From: Intoshia linei
Taxonomy: Eukaryota > Animalia > Orthonectida
Length of the DNA: 55,360 bases
Direction: 5' to 3'
Assembly (NCBI GenBank): GCA_001642005.1
Contig: LWCA01000101.1
Span: forward strand, 1-55,360
In this document: positions 40,001 through 51,686 of the stretch, piece by piece
Numbering within the stretch: position 1 is the first letter of the stretch
Layout of the letters: every line of letters starts with the position of its first letter
Program-made: the position numbers and the translations under genes
The notes under the pieces: model-generated
Seen by the model: only the letters and a program-made list of their open reading frames with translations
Database searches by the model: none
Told to the model about the DNA's origin: nothing

Positions 40001-40622
40001 TGCATCAATGTTTTTTGGTTTATTCGAAGATAAGGCAGTAATTAAATTTTGACAACTTATCACCTAAACATATATAAATTACGAAAACTCACCTCAAAAA
40101 TAAAAAAATGTTGTAAAAAACAAGACTTACTTTAATTCTGTAGTATGAAGGTTCTGTTCCAGGCAGATTGCTATTCCCAGCATAATATTGTAGACTATCT
40201 CTTAAAATTTGTGGTTTCAAAACATAACCACATCCACCATTATCATTGAAACGACCTACATTTAAATCCATTGCAATACAATTTGTTTGAAAATTTAGAG
40301 CAGCTATATTTTTTTTAATGTTTTTGTTTCAATTGTCAATTACCCATTTGAATACCGTTAGCCCAGAATTTAACTAAACTGTCATCTTTAAAGTTACTTG
40401 AATCTATTCTTCTTCCAGCAGGATAAATTCGACTGATAAAGGTTTTGTTATGTTCAATAAACTCTTCACTTTCCGTATTTATCAAATCCAAAGCTTTATC
40501 TTCTGAAAAAGAACAACATTCGTACCATTGTTCTAAAGATTTATAATATAAATAAATTAATTAGAATTATTTGCCGATTTTACTAACAAAAGCAAATTCC
40601 TTACCAAAAAATTTTTCACCGG
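37058..40622 (-). CDS. PLCL: Phospholipase C-like protein (PLCL/PRIP type): Y domain, C2 domain and C-terminal region only
   Basis: Reads [38 protein letters not shown]|[60 protein letters not shown] and NLKQCI. PH, EF and X domains are not found in the window, and the 3' limit is approximate. Confidence 0.88.
38356..38957 (+). mobile_element. Complete non-autonomous Helitron (602 bp) in a PLC intron
   Basis: A^TC...CTAG^T with subterminal hairpin and no TSD. Confidence 0.92.
39288..39654. mobile_element. hAT MITE (TAG[A/G]GTGT termini)
   Basis: tagagtgt...acacccta ends; perfect TSD atgcgcat. Confidence 0.88.
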
Positions 40623-40767
40623 TCTGAAAACTTAAAAACGTGTCGGTTTATAAACTCGTTCAAACCCGATTAACATCTTGGATGCTAACATATTAATGGT
40701 TTTATATAATTAACGAAATGTTTAGAAAAGTTAAAAAATGTTCTATTATAATAATAATTAAATAATA

Positions 40768-41086
40768 CAGTGGAATCCGCTTATAAGAGACGCATCGGGA
40801 CCAAGCAATTTGTCCCTTATAACCGGACGTCTCTTATATCCGAAAAATTAAAAAAGTAAAGACTTTAAATAAATAAAATGTTAAGTAATATATATGTCGT
40901 ATAGAATGTGTAAAACTGAAATTAAACTGTAAAATTTTAAAAAAATCTTTAATATTCATTTGAATATTCCTTTATATCTGTCTGTGATTTATATACAAAA
41001 CAAGTGTTTAATTCCGATTCTAGCTTTTTGTGCCTTATATCCGGACGTCTCTTATAACCGGTGTCTGTTATACACGGATTCCACTG
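40768..41086. mobile_element. pogo/Tigger-like MITE, 319 bp, copy 2
   Basis: TA TSD; TIRs cagtggaatccg / cggattccactg. Confidence 0.92.
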
Positions 41087-42002
41087 TATATTATTTATTT
41101 ATTAATTAAAATTTATAAATTAATGGATAATAGATATAAAACGTAAAAAAATATAGAATGATTTTACTTCATTTACTACTAACACTTTTAACTGTGGCAA
41201 AGAAGAGCAATGTAAAAAAAAACAAAATAACGATACAAAGAGTCAGTTTGTAGTGATATATCGCTACCATACTAATTGAGATTCGAATATATACTTTTGA
41301 TATAACTGGCAGAGTGGTTATAGTCATATAATTGTATTCTGCGTGGCTAGGTTCGAATCGAGATTTGGACATCTTTTTATTTAAGACGAACTTATCAGAG
41401 TTCTTATCTGCCAATCGTTACACAGTGTAAGGGACCAATAAAATACCTTAATTAATTAACTCAAATAATTAATTACATTAATTAAAATTAAAAAGTTACA
41501 AAATATTATAAAATATTATTGTCAATTGCATTGAATACAATTTAAATAATGTAAATTGCCAGAATTCGAGAAATTGAATCGTTTATAAAATTTAAAAAAA
41601 TTGCGCTAGAAACAAATTTACAAAAATAAACTGTATAATTAAACATGGAGAACAATATTGTAAAGTCACTAACACGTTTCAAAGCTCGAAGTTTTAGCCT
41701 CAAACGCTAATTTCCGTTAAAATGAAGTTCAGTTTTAATTTCTCAATAATATTTTTAGTGATATTTAAAATGACAAACACAACTCAAATAGATAGCGTTA
41801 AATGTTTTTGATTGCGAATTAGTTTTTCTATTTTAAAAATACACACTTTTAGTGCTAATTGCCCATCAAATTCTAAAATTTTTGAAAAAATGTGACACCC
41901 TAATGGCCATACTCGAGTGTTAATTAACCACTGGTAAATATCTAACAATATATTAAATTAAAACTTATACCACTTTAATATACAAAATACATATTTACAA
42001 TG

Positions 42003-44973
42003 TTAATTTTTCAATTTATCCCGAATTTGTTTATGTATTTGACAAAGAAAATCAATATAAGAACTTGTTGCTAAGGGTCCTTGATCTTCAAACAAATACC
42101 TAGTAAACTGTAATTCATTTTCACCCTTTTCTTTAACGATATTGAACTAAAACTGCGATATAAACTAAAAAACGTAATAACTTACGTTGAGAGAATTTCC
42201 TCGCATTTGAGTAATTCCGTATATGAAATTTCTCAAATAAATAGAATTTTGGTTGTCTTTGACGGGTAATAATTTCTATATTGTTTAAAATGTAAAAAAT
42301 GAAAAAGTTATATACCTCATTTGAATCAATTTGACCGACAGAGTTAACAGAAAAAATGTCATACAGCCAATTTGGAGATATCTCGAGTCCAATCCATAGA
42401 ATAATATCAATACCATTATCTAAAATATAAGCTCCAGTAGATTCTATTCTATCAGATGACAACCGTATACATTGTTGAGACATTGTGTCTATACGCATGA
42501 GAGCAGGATAAAGAAACTGTTGACATTGTTTTACAGTCATTGACTTCAATTTAAACATAGCTAAGCTGCGATTGTCAATAGAAGATCCTGGTATATTAAT
42601 AAAAGCTGGTGACTTCATAATACAATTAATATATAAAGGGTAAAGTTTCATAGTTTCAGGTAAAATTAATTGCCCAGCAGCACTTGTCGTTGACACATGT
42701 TTTCTGTAAGCTGTAAGAGTGTAAACACAAGAATCTATCAGCATTTCTCTAATTTGCACGGGAGTAGAATTAAAAATTTTGTAAACAGCCTTTTTAGAAT
42801 ATAAAGCAATAATTGTATCCAAATCGCATGATTTATATACATCAATGAGTTGAAGTGTTGGTTGAAGTCTTAAATTCATCAATCTAATTCTACGATTTCC
42901 ACCTATTGAAGTGTAAAGGAATGCTACTTGGATATATATGGGTTGTTCAGCATTAATCGTGTCATCAAATTTAATTTCCGTCATAACGCCATCATTAGGA
43001 GACATGCAAGGAATTTGTACGTCATTAGAGTTGGCCATTGTAAAATTACCCCAAAAATCTACAGCTCGTATTCCAATTGATGTTCTCACACGTAGAATGG
43101 AATTGAAAGCACAAACTTGAGAAACATTTTCTTTCAAATCATTGATAAGGCGATCACCTCCATCACCGTTTAAAGTAAAATCACTATAATAGTAAAGTTT
43201 TCCACTAGTTTTTGAAACAATATCAGACAATGTTGCAATATCCACACTAGCATACATAGTGCACAAATACATATCTACAGAACAACCAACTTCAACACAT
43301 TTCAATGCCAATTTGCTGTAATAATCTGTTTGAGGGGCCAATGCCACCTTGTCCGTTGTCGAACTTTTTGTTTCTCTAAATTTTAATTGACCTGGCGCCT
43401 GCAAATTAGGGAGTGAAGTGTGCACGATAATTAATTTACCAACTCTATTTGTCGATTTAAGAGCATCTATACCCGCTTGAATCACAGGACCAAGCATTAC
43501 TTTACTATCTCGATGTTCAGAATACAATGTTTTTAAATATTCAAAAACATAGTCAATTTTTTCAATAGCTTCGTGAGGAGACACGAAAAAGTTTTCACTT
43601 GACGGTAGAAACCCATCTTCTAAGTCAGTTACAACAACTATCTGCGGTCGAGATAATTTTGGGTTCATGTTGATAAAGTGAATAGTGTCAGAATATGTGG
43701 CGAGGCCAATTTGAATTTTACTGTATTCATTATCTCCTTCTACAGGGAGCATAGCTAAAACTTCATTTTTCAACCTTTTAGAGATAATATCGATAATGTT
43801 GACTGCTCCTGTTCTAAATGAAACATCAATCATAAAAATGTAAACAGGTGGTTGAGGTAACTGGTTATTTATGCAATATTGAGATGTGGCTGTATATTCA
43901 AAAGTTCCCAAAGAAAATTGGGCTTTTTGAGAAGCATCAACGCGTCTACCTGTATAATCGAGATATGCAAAATCTTCATTAGGAACATCATTCAAAGAGT
44001 TGCAAAAAGGGCAGCTATACTTTCTTCCACCATCGACAAATTTCATAAATGGGCACATGTAACTCTTACAACGACATCTTACGGGCCCGTTTTCACCTGT
44101 ACCAACTACAGGAGGATCAAATTCCCCGCGCGACAACTCAGCCATTGGAACAATACTCAGAGCAAATGGTACTTTTGATATATTCAATAAATTACTTGTT
44201 GCAGGAACATTATACATTGTAGATCGAACGTATTTTGGCGAAGAAACGCCGTTATCAGTTGAAATAAAATGGGTTGTTATACGTGGCGGTAAAACACCCA
44301 ACAATGATGTATTAAAAGGGTCTTTGTGGTTTTTTCTGTTTTCGTCAATAACATTTATTGCACTTGGAACTGCATCTGGGTCTAATTTTCTGGCTGGACT
44401 TTGAGAAGAAGAAATTGTCGGCAAATGAGGTTGTGGAGAATACATATCGTTATTAGGTCGATACTGTTGTCCATTTTGTATGTTGGCATTAATATTTCCT
44501 TGAAAATTGGGTCTCATAAATTGTTGATTAGGAGGATGTGACTGAGAATTCGGAAATTGATTTAACCCATGAGAACTTGGACGTTGAGGTGTCCAATTTG
44601 TATTAACGGGCGGACCCGTATTTGTATTCATCTGAATATTTGGATCATATCTGTTCGGAACATTAATATTTTCAGCGACTTCATTATTTAAAGAAACATT
44701 TTGCATTTTATTTGAAATTTGATGCATTTGCGGTTGTTGAAATTGTTGAGAATTATTTGGATTTTGATAAGGTGCACGATTAGGAGACATTGGGTTTAGT
44801 GGTTGATAGGGCATTCTATGGTTTAATTGTTCATTACTCACATTGTTTATAGGCACATTGGGTCTACCAAGGTTTTCTCTAATCTGATAATTCGTGCCTA
44901 CTTGCATAGGAGGGAATAGGGGTGTTCTTATTTTTTCATTTGAATCGTATTGATTTTTATTCATATTTTGCAT
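42003..44973 (-). CDS. SEC24C/D: COPII coat subunit Sec24C/D; one ~2.66-kb exon (44973-42317) plus two short 3' exons
   Basis: Pro/Gln-rich N-terminus, LDPDAVPS, SPKYVRSTMYNVP, zinc finger, IFMIDVS trunk, AGQLILPE, gelsolin-like domain and last exon LFEDQ..SSYIDFLCQIHKQIR*. Confidence 0.97.
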
Positions 44974-45465
44974 TACTTTTTGTTTCAAGTATATAAACCA
45001 ATTTGTGAAAATAAATTTCTAAATAGACACGTAGATATAAACACGTAATCCTTGTTGCCAAATGATCGCTATTACTAAGATAACACATACTAGAATAAAT
45101 CTTATATTTATTTATATTTACGATTCGTAACTTGTAACTAGTAATGTATTAACAATTTGTTACATTAAGATTAATTTTAATTTAAAATAAATTAACATGA
45201 TAAATTTTGATAAAATAATTGTGAGTTATATACGTCATGTTTTTAAGTTTTAAAGAATCAAAATTAAAACAAATGACTCATCAAGTTAAATTTATTATAA
45301 ATTTTATAATAGGACATACTAAATAGGTAGTTAAATTTATATTAACCTTTTCAAAGCTGAATTAATTAATTAATACGACTTAAAAAAGTTTACAAATTGC
45401 TAAAAGCATTAAAACTAGTGATGTGACGATTCCTAAATTTTCAACGATGCTGATTCTATTCTTAA

Positions 45466-46748
45466 CCCTTTCACTGTCTAATACTATTTTATGATGCATT
45501 ACGTCTGGAATTTATAATTTAATTTAAACTTGTATTATTTTTAAATTATATATGTGAAAATGTATGAAAATAAAAGAATCAATTTTTTCAAAATTATTCT
45601 CTGTATATCATAGTATACACAGACGTGTGAAGTGAAATTGCTGTGTATTAGGGTGGACACAATTTTCATAGTAAATCTTTTTTTACATTTTCTAATAGGC
45701 CCTTCGATAAATTTGGTTATTTTATGAATACATACACACATGCCAAATTTTACATAAAAAAATAACATCATAGAAGTGCTCAATGACGTGCAAAGTTAAA
45801 AAATTAGACATTTTGGTCAAAAAATTGGCATGAATGGTCATATATTTGTTCACTAATATTCTCTGATGGGACATTCTCTAATTTTATTCTTCTGATTCAT
45901 ACGTATGTCTATGCAAATCTTTAAAAAGCAAGATTAATTTTAATGTGCTCAAATTGAGCTTTATTAATTTAAATTATAAAGTTATTTTTTTGGATGTACG
46001 TGTTAACAAGATCGGCGGATTATATTTGGATAATAGGCAATGTGATGGAAGATTTTTGTAAATATAACTTCCCAACATTAAGGGACGTATTGAATGTTTA
46101 TTTTTATTATAGAAAAAAGGAATATGGGGTTTCCCAAGTTTTGAATATAACTGTGATGAAAGTGTTAAATTTGTGGATTACAAGTTCAATTTCTATTAAA
46201 GATAAAAAACATAATGTAAATATGTTAAAGACATACTGTGAACGCTATAATTTATTAAAAAAGAATAAAAATAGGAGATTTAAATCCCAAATATTACGTG
46301 AGGATAATTTCATTAATACAATTGATACATTGTTCGATATATAGCACATAAATTTTTGCATTTTTGCATGCTATTATACATTTACGATATATCAAAAATA
46401 TTGGATTTTTTTTTAATTAGACACACCTACAAACCTTTGGTAATTATTTAAACACAATAGTTTTCGCCAAACTGAACGTCTCCGTAATCAATGTTATCTT
46501 AAATATAATCAAACTAAGATAAGCCCTTGGTATATTTTACTTATACATAGTTATGTAAATAAATTGTATACTAAAATTCAGTATCATTGATCACCCTCGT
46601 AGAGTTTTTAAATTTTGTTAAAATTTTGTATTTGAAGTTAACTTAACAAAACGAAACTTTCTGGCTAATGGCCCATAAGAAATTCAAAAATATTGAAATT
46701 GTGTTCACCCTACTGTGTATAGTATAGAATACACAGACAGTGAAAGGG
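45466..46748. mobile_element. piggyBac-type MITE with a nested hAT element
   Basis: TTAA TSD on both sides; TIRs ccctttcactgtct / agacagtgaaaggg. Confidence 0.9.
45649..46712 (+). mobile_element. Internally deleted hAT-type element (TAGGGTG termini) retaining a transposase N-terminal ORF (45994-46344)
   Basis: TIRs tagggtggacacaattt / aaattgtgttcacccta; perfect TSD ctgtgtat. The ORF TRS..IWIIG..FPTLRDVL..IDTLFDI resembles the N-termini of invertebrate DNA-transposon proteins. Confidence 0.85.
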
Positions 46749-46845
46749 TTAAAGAAACGATTCTGATTCAGATTCCGATGCAATTCCAAATACTATTATT
46801 GTTTTATGGAATAATTCACTTTAAAGTAAAAATTAATGTGATATG

Positions 46846-49057
46846 TAGGGCAAGTATTAGTCCAAAAAGTCAAAATTTCACAGATTAATTAGAAAATTCT
46901 TACGAGTATCATGATATTAATATTATGCCAATTAAAGTTATACTTAATATTTTATAATGTCATAAAAGTCCTAAAGATCCAAAAAATTAAAATTTTTATC
47001 GTTATGTCCAAAAAGTCAGTATTTTAAAAACAAAGTACAAAAAGTTAAATATTACAAATATTATATATAAATATTAAACGTAAATACCCCGATAAATTCA
47101 AAAACGTTGACGGTACTTTACATTGCATTATCTGTGATATTACTGTTAATCATACAAAAATGTATTATGTGAATAGCCATCGAAAATGTCGAAAACATAA
47201 TGATAACATTAATCCAGAATCTGGATTCCAAATTCACCAATTATCAGTAATTTTGGTATATCAATTGATTTTGTAAAGAATCTAACTATGTCATTTCTTT
47301 CTGCGGGCATACATTTATATAAATTAAACAATATCTATATAAAAAACTATTCAATAGCATTGGTCAACTACTGCCCTCCGAAACGCATTGTAGAAAAATT
47401 CTTACAGAAATATATAATGATGAAATTATAAAGCTAAAGAAATACATACACAATAAGCCAATATTTTTTATCATTGACGAATCGGATGTGAGTGGAAATA
47501 AAACAGTGAATATATTGATTGGTATTTTGAAAATCTCTCAGAAGAGTTACATGGCAGATTGTCGAATCATAGATTCTTGCGTAAATTCAAAAATAATTGT
47601 GAATATTATAGTCGATGTAATGGCTAAATTGGATGTATGCAGGCAAAATGTTTATTTAATGTTGAGTGACGCAGCTTCATATATGAAGTTAGCAGGTACT
47701 ATGCTTAAAGTGTTTTACTCAAATTTATTTCACATTCTATGCATTGCACATTTATTGTACAATTATGCTATGAAACTGAAGGCATATTTGAAGAATGTAG
47801 ATGAATTTATATGTAGAGTGAAATTGGCCACAGTGAAGAACCGTAAAAAAAATTCGCTATGCTCAGAAATTAGATACTCTCCCATGCCAATTGCTACACG
47901 ATGGGGAACTTGGTTAGCTGCTTCAAATTATTATGAAAAACATTTACCAACTGTAAAACGTATAGTTAACAAATTCGAAGGTGACGGTCTCATAGTTAGA
48001 CAAGCCAAATGTGCAATATCCAAAGAAACATTACCATCAGAATTAAAAATTATATCAGGCTACAAAATGATATATGAATTAATTAAAAAATATAAAGATT
48101 GCTCTTTTTCTATAATGAAAGCCTGGAAAGCTATGTAAGATATCCATTTTGAAGAAGATTCATGTAATATCAAATTATACAGTATGAAACGCCTGGAAAA
48201 CAATGACATTAGAGTTATTTGTGAATTGAAGAATGATAATATTTCTCCGTATATATATGAACTATTGGAAAATTGTCAATCAACTTNTATGAAAAACATT
48301 TACCAACTGTTAAATGTATAATTAACAAATTCGAAGGTGACGGTCTCATAGTTAGACATGCCAAATGTGCAATATCCAAAGAAACATTACCATCAGAATT
48401 AAAAATTATATCAGGCTACAAAATGATACATGAATTAATTAAAAAATGTGAAGATTGCTCTTTTTCTATAATTAAAGCCTGGAAAGCTATGATAAGCTAT
48501 TTGGCTATATACCAATAAACAGCTATTTGTAATAAGCTATGAAAGATATCCACTTTGAAGAAGATCCATGTAATATCAAATTATATATTATGAAACGCCT
48601 GGAAAACAATGACATTAGAGTTATTTGTGAATTGAAGAATGATAATATTTCTCCGTATATATATGAACTATTGGAAAATTGTCAATCAACTTCAACTACC
48701 GTAGAACAAAGCTTCTCTATGCTTAAAAAACTGATTGCAAAAGATAAAAATTTTAAAACCGATAATATTAAAAAATATATAGTTTGTCATTATAATTTAG
48801 CAATAAATTAAACTAATTAATATTATTTTTTTAGTGAATTTTAATTAATTTGTCATAAATAAGATAGTTAGTATAATTATTTTCAATTGTTGCTCTTTAA
48901 ATAAAAAATTTTTAAGTCCAAAAAGTTTTATTTATAGTAAATATAATATATTCCAATTATTTAAATAAATATATAATAAATAAATCCAATAAATTCCAAA
49001 ATATTTTTCTATTAGGTACAAAAAGTCAGATTTATAGGTCAAAAAAAACTTGCCCTA
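46846..49057 (+). mobile_element. hAT-superfamily transposon with frameshifted CGGBP-like transposase; assembly gap at 48287
   Basis: TIRs tagggcaagt / acttgcccta and subterminal gtccaaaaagt repeats. The protein shows a C2H2/BED-like CIIC..H....H, IIDESD, LSDAASYM, CIAHLL, TRWGTW and VEQSFS. Confidence 0.9.
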
Positions 49058-49360
49058 ATAATTACGTACGGCATATAATTTTTGACACCAATCGGTAACC
49101 ACTGTTTTAATGTATAAAAATGTATTCTAAAACATTCTCGTTAATGTAATGAGATTTGTTTACAAAGAAAAAATAGTATTTACATTGTCCAAATTGAAAG
49201 ATAGAAATTGAAAAACTGTATAGTCAAAATTTTTTTAGGTTGCAAAGTTAAATATAACGTATAAAGTATAAAGTTAAAAAAATTCCATTTTTAAGATACT
49301 TTTTTTATTTAATGGGTTGCAAAAAATAAACCTAGTTATTATGAATTGAAAACAACTTAC

Positions 49361-50972
49361 CATAAAACTGTCATGCTCATTTTGATACCGATAATTCTTG
49401 GTCAAATCAACTTTGTCAAATTGAACATGTTGCTTAATATCCATATCAATTTTGTAATCATATCTTTTAGTATAAAGTGGAGAATCTTCTTTATTTGAAA
49501 TCAATTTAGTAAAATAAACCAAAAAAACAATACAAGTAACCAGAGGAAGAAGATAAATTAAGCAAAATTCACACAGTATGAAAATTTTTTCAAGTATAAT
49601 GTAATTATCATCCAAAATGCATGTTCCAGGCGACCATTTTGGAGCAGCAACAGTAAATGTTTCTGCGAGTATAATCATAACTGGATCCCATATAAAAAGT
49701 TTACAAAATAATGATTTCTAAAATAAAATTATACATACATCCTTACTTATATAATATGCTATGCAATATTTGTTTGTATGTGTGTTACCGTTTATTGCAA
49801 TAATTACCAGTCTTAGAATTTTATAAAGTCCACATTTCAATTACAGTTTTTTCCAGAGTGTTAGCGAAATAAATTGTAACCTCTCAAACTCACATCTTAC
49901 GGGTCAAAAAGCCCAATTGTCCTTTTTTTTTGAAAATCAAACGAGTTCGAGAATTTAAAAAAATAAATACTCTGATTCGGATTTTAAAATCATAAATTTA
50001 AATTAAAAAAAATATATCTTCAAAGCCAAAACCACAAATTGCCCTTTTTTCTATAAAAACAGCCCTAGAATTTAAAAAAATTTATAGGTGGTACAGTTGT
50101 ATCCTGTTAACACACAATAAATTTCAATCTGAATAAGTGCGTCTTCACGGTAAAAAAATGAAATTTTATTAAATTTTAATTATAAATTTTAAATTCTCAT
50201 TTTCAAAAAATTTTGTTTCACATGTGACATGACGGTTCCACCTGAATCAAGTTTGGGAACCACTCCTTTAAAAAATTGATAATAATGAATAGTAGGATTT
50301 TTAAGTTAGATTTTCAACGTGAATTTAAATGAATTTTTTTAGTAGAATAAAAATGTGCTCTCAGCAGAGCTAGGTGCTGTTTGTACGTAGTACATAACAG
50401 TCAACCTAGTGTTGTATAAAAAAACAATAACAAACCTTAATAATACAACACGATCCTATTAAGACTGCAATCAACATGAGAAAAAATGGTTGTTGTTCAC
50501 GATATTGCATACGAAGGCAGTATCTAATTTCCATAATAGTAAATAATGTCAACATTAAAAGTGAAAATGAAACCAAATACGATGAAACCAAAATGGAAGA
50601 CTAAACAAAAAAAATTAAAAAAAAGTGTATAATACATTATTGTACCTCATAAATTTTGCATTTAGTACTGCCACTATTAATGAAATCCACATTGTACATG
50701 AAATCAACGTCATTAAAGGTATTTTGATAAATTTGAGCAAATTTAGTCGACGATATTGTAATAATTGATACCAACATGGCCATTGAAAAAAAGCGTACAA
50801 ATTTAGTTGAAATTGTAAGTTGGATAGGTCCAGAAACTGAAATAAAAACTACCAAATTAAAAATCACTCCCAAAATGCTTATCGTTGCCAAAACTGATGT
50901 CGATATCGTAATGTCTGATTGCAGTAAAAAGTTCACGTTTGTGTTGTTTGAAAAAAACAAATCAAGATTCAT
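49361..50972 (-). CDS. Divergent class A (rhodopsin-like) GPCR, TM1-TM5 in three exons; 3' exons uncertain
   Basis: N-terminal NxT site, TM1 LGVIFNLVV, Cys before TM3, EIRY at the DRY position, ECL2 Cys and TM5 YLLPLV. Exons are about 50972-50646, 50600-50436 and 49717-49361. Confidence 0.7.
49740..50409 (+). mobile_element. Complete non-autonomous Helitron (670 bp) in a GPCR intron
   Basis: A^TC (49739/49740)...ctgtt-tgtac-gta-gtaca-t-aacag hairpin...CTAG^T (50409/50410). Confidence 0.93.
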
Positions 50973-51686
50973 TTTAAGTTAAAATTGATATAAAAATAAT
51001 GAATATTATTAAAACGTTGAGAAATTATCAGAAAATTAAAGAAATCAATAATGTATTGAAAAAATAAAACAATAGCAGAATATTTATACATTGAAATACC
51101 AAACATTTTTAATAAGTTCAGTTATAAATGAGTGGATACCGGTAATGTATTCTTTTGAAAAGTCCTTTGAACTTTTTGGAATAATTTGTGTTTTCTAAGT
51201 TTTTCAATTTTAATTTATTTAAATTTATATTTTAGTAATTAAAAAATTACTAGAATTTTGTTTTCAAATGTTATCAATATAAAGTAATTGGTTTTGTTTA
51301 AATCAATAATTACCTATATGAAGTTAAATAAATAAATAAAATGTGTCAAAAATTTATTTAAATTATTAAATATTATATTTTGTAATACAATTAGTATTTA
51401 TTAGTGATATACATGATTGTATAATAAATTATAAATTAAATCTAGTTCAAATGATTTTAAAATAATAAGGAATTGAAAAATCAATAAATACTTTAATATC
51501 AATCTATTTTAAAAATTTAATCAAAATTCTTTAAATGTTAAGAAATTCTAGAGATTTAAGAAAAATATTTATCCTCAAAAACATACAAATTAAGTTACAA
51601 TTGTATTGGTTAAATTTCAACAAAGTTTTGATACATTAATCTAGAACATACATGAAAATCACCAATTTTAGTTAAAGGTTGCTTTT

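Noticed and set aside
42938-44178. + strand ORFs 42938-43120 and 43879-44178 (also 50776-50982, 25375-25650, 25494-25721)
   Set aside because: Antisense shadows of real exons (Sec24, GPCR, FOXRED2).
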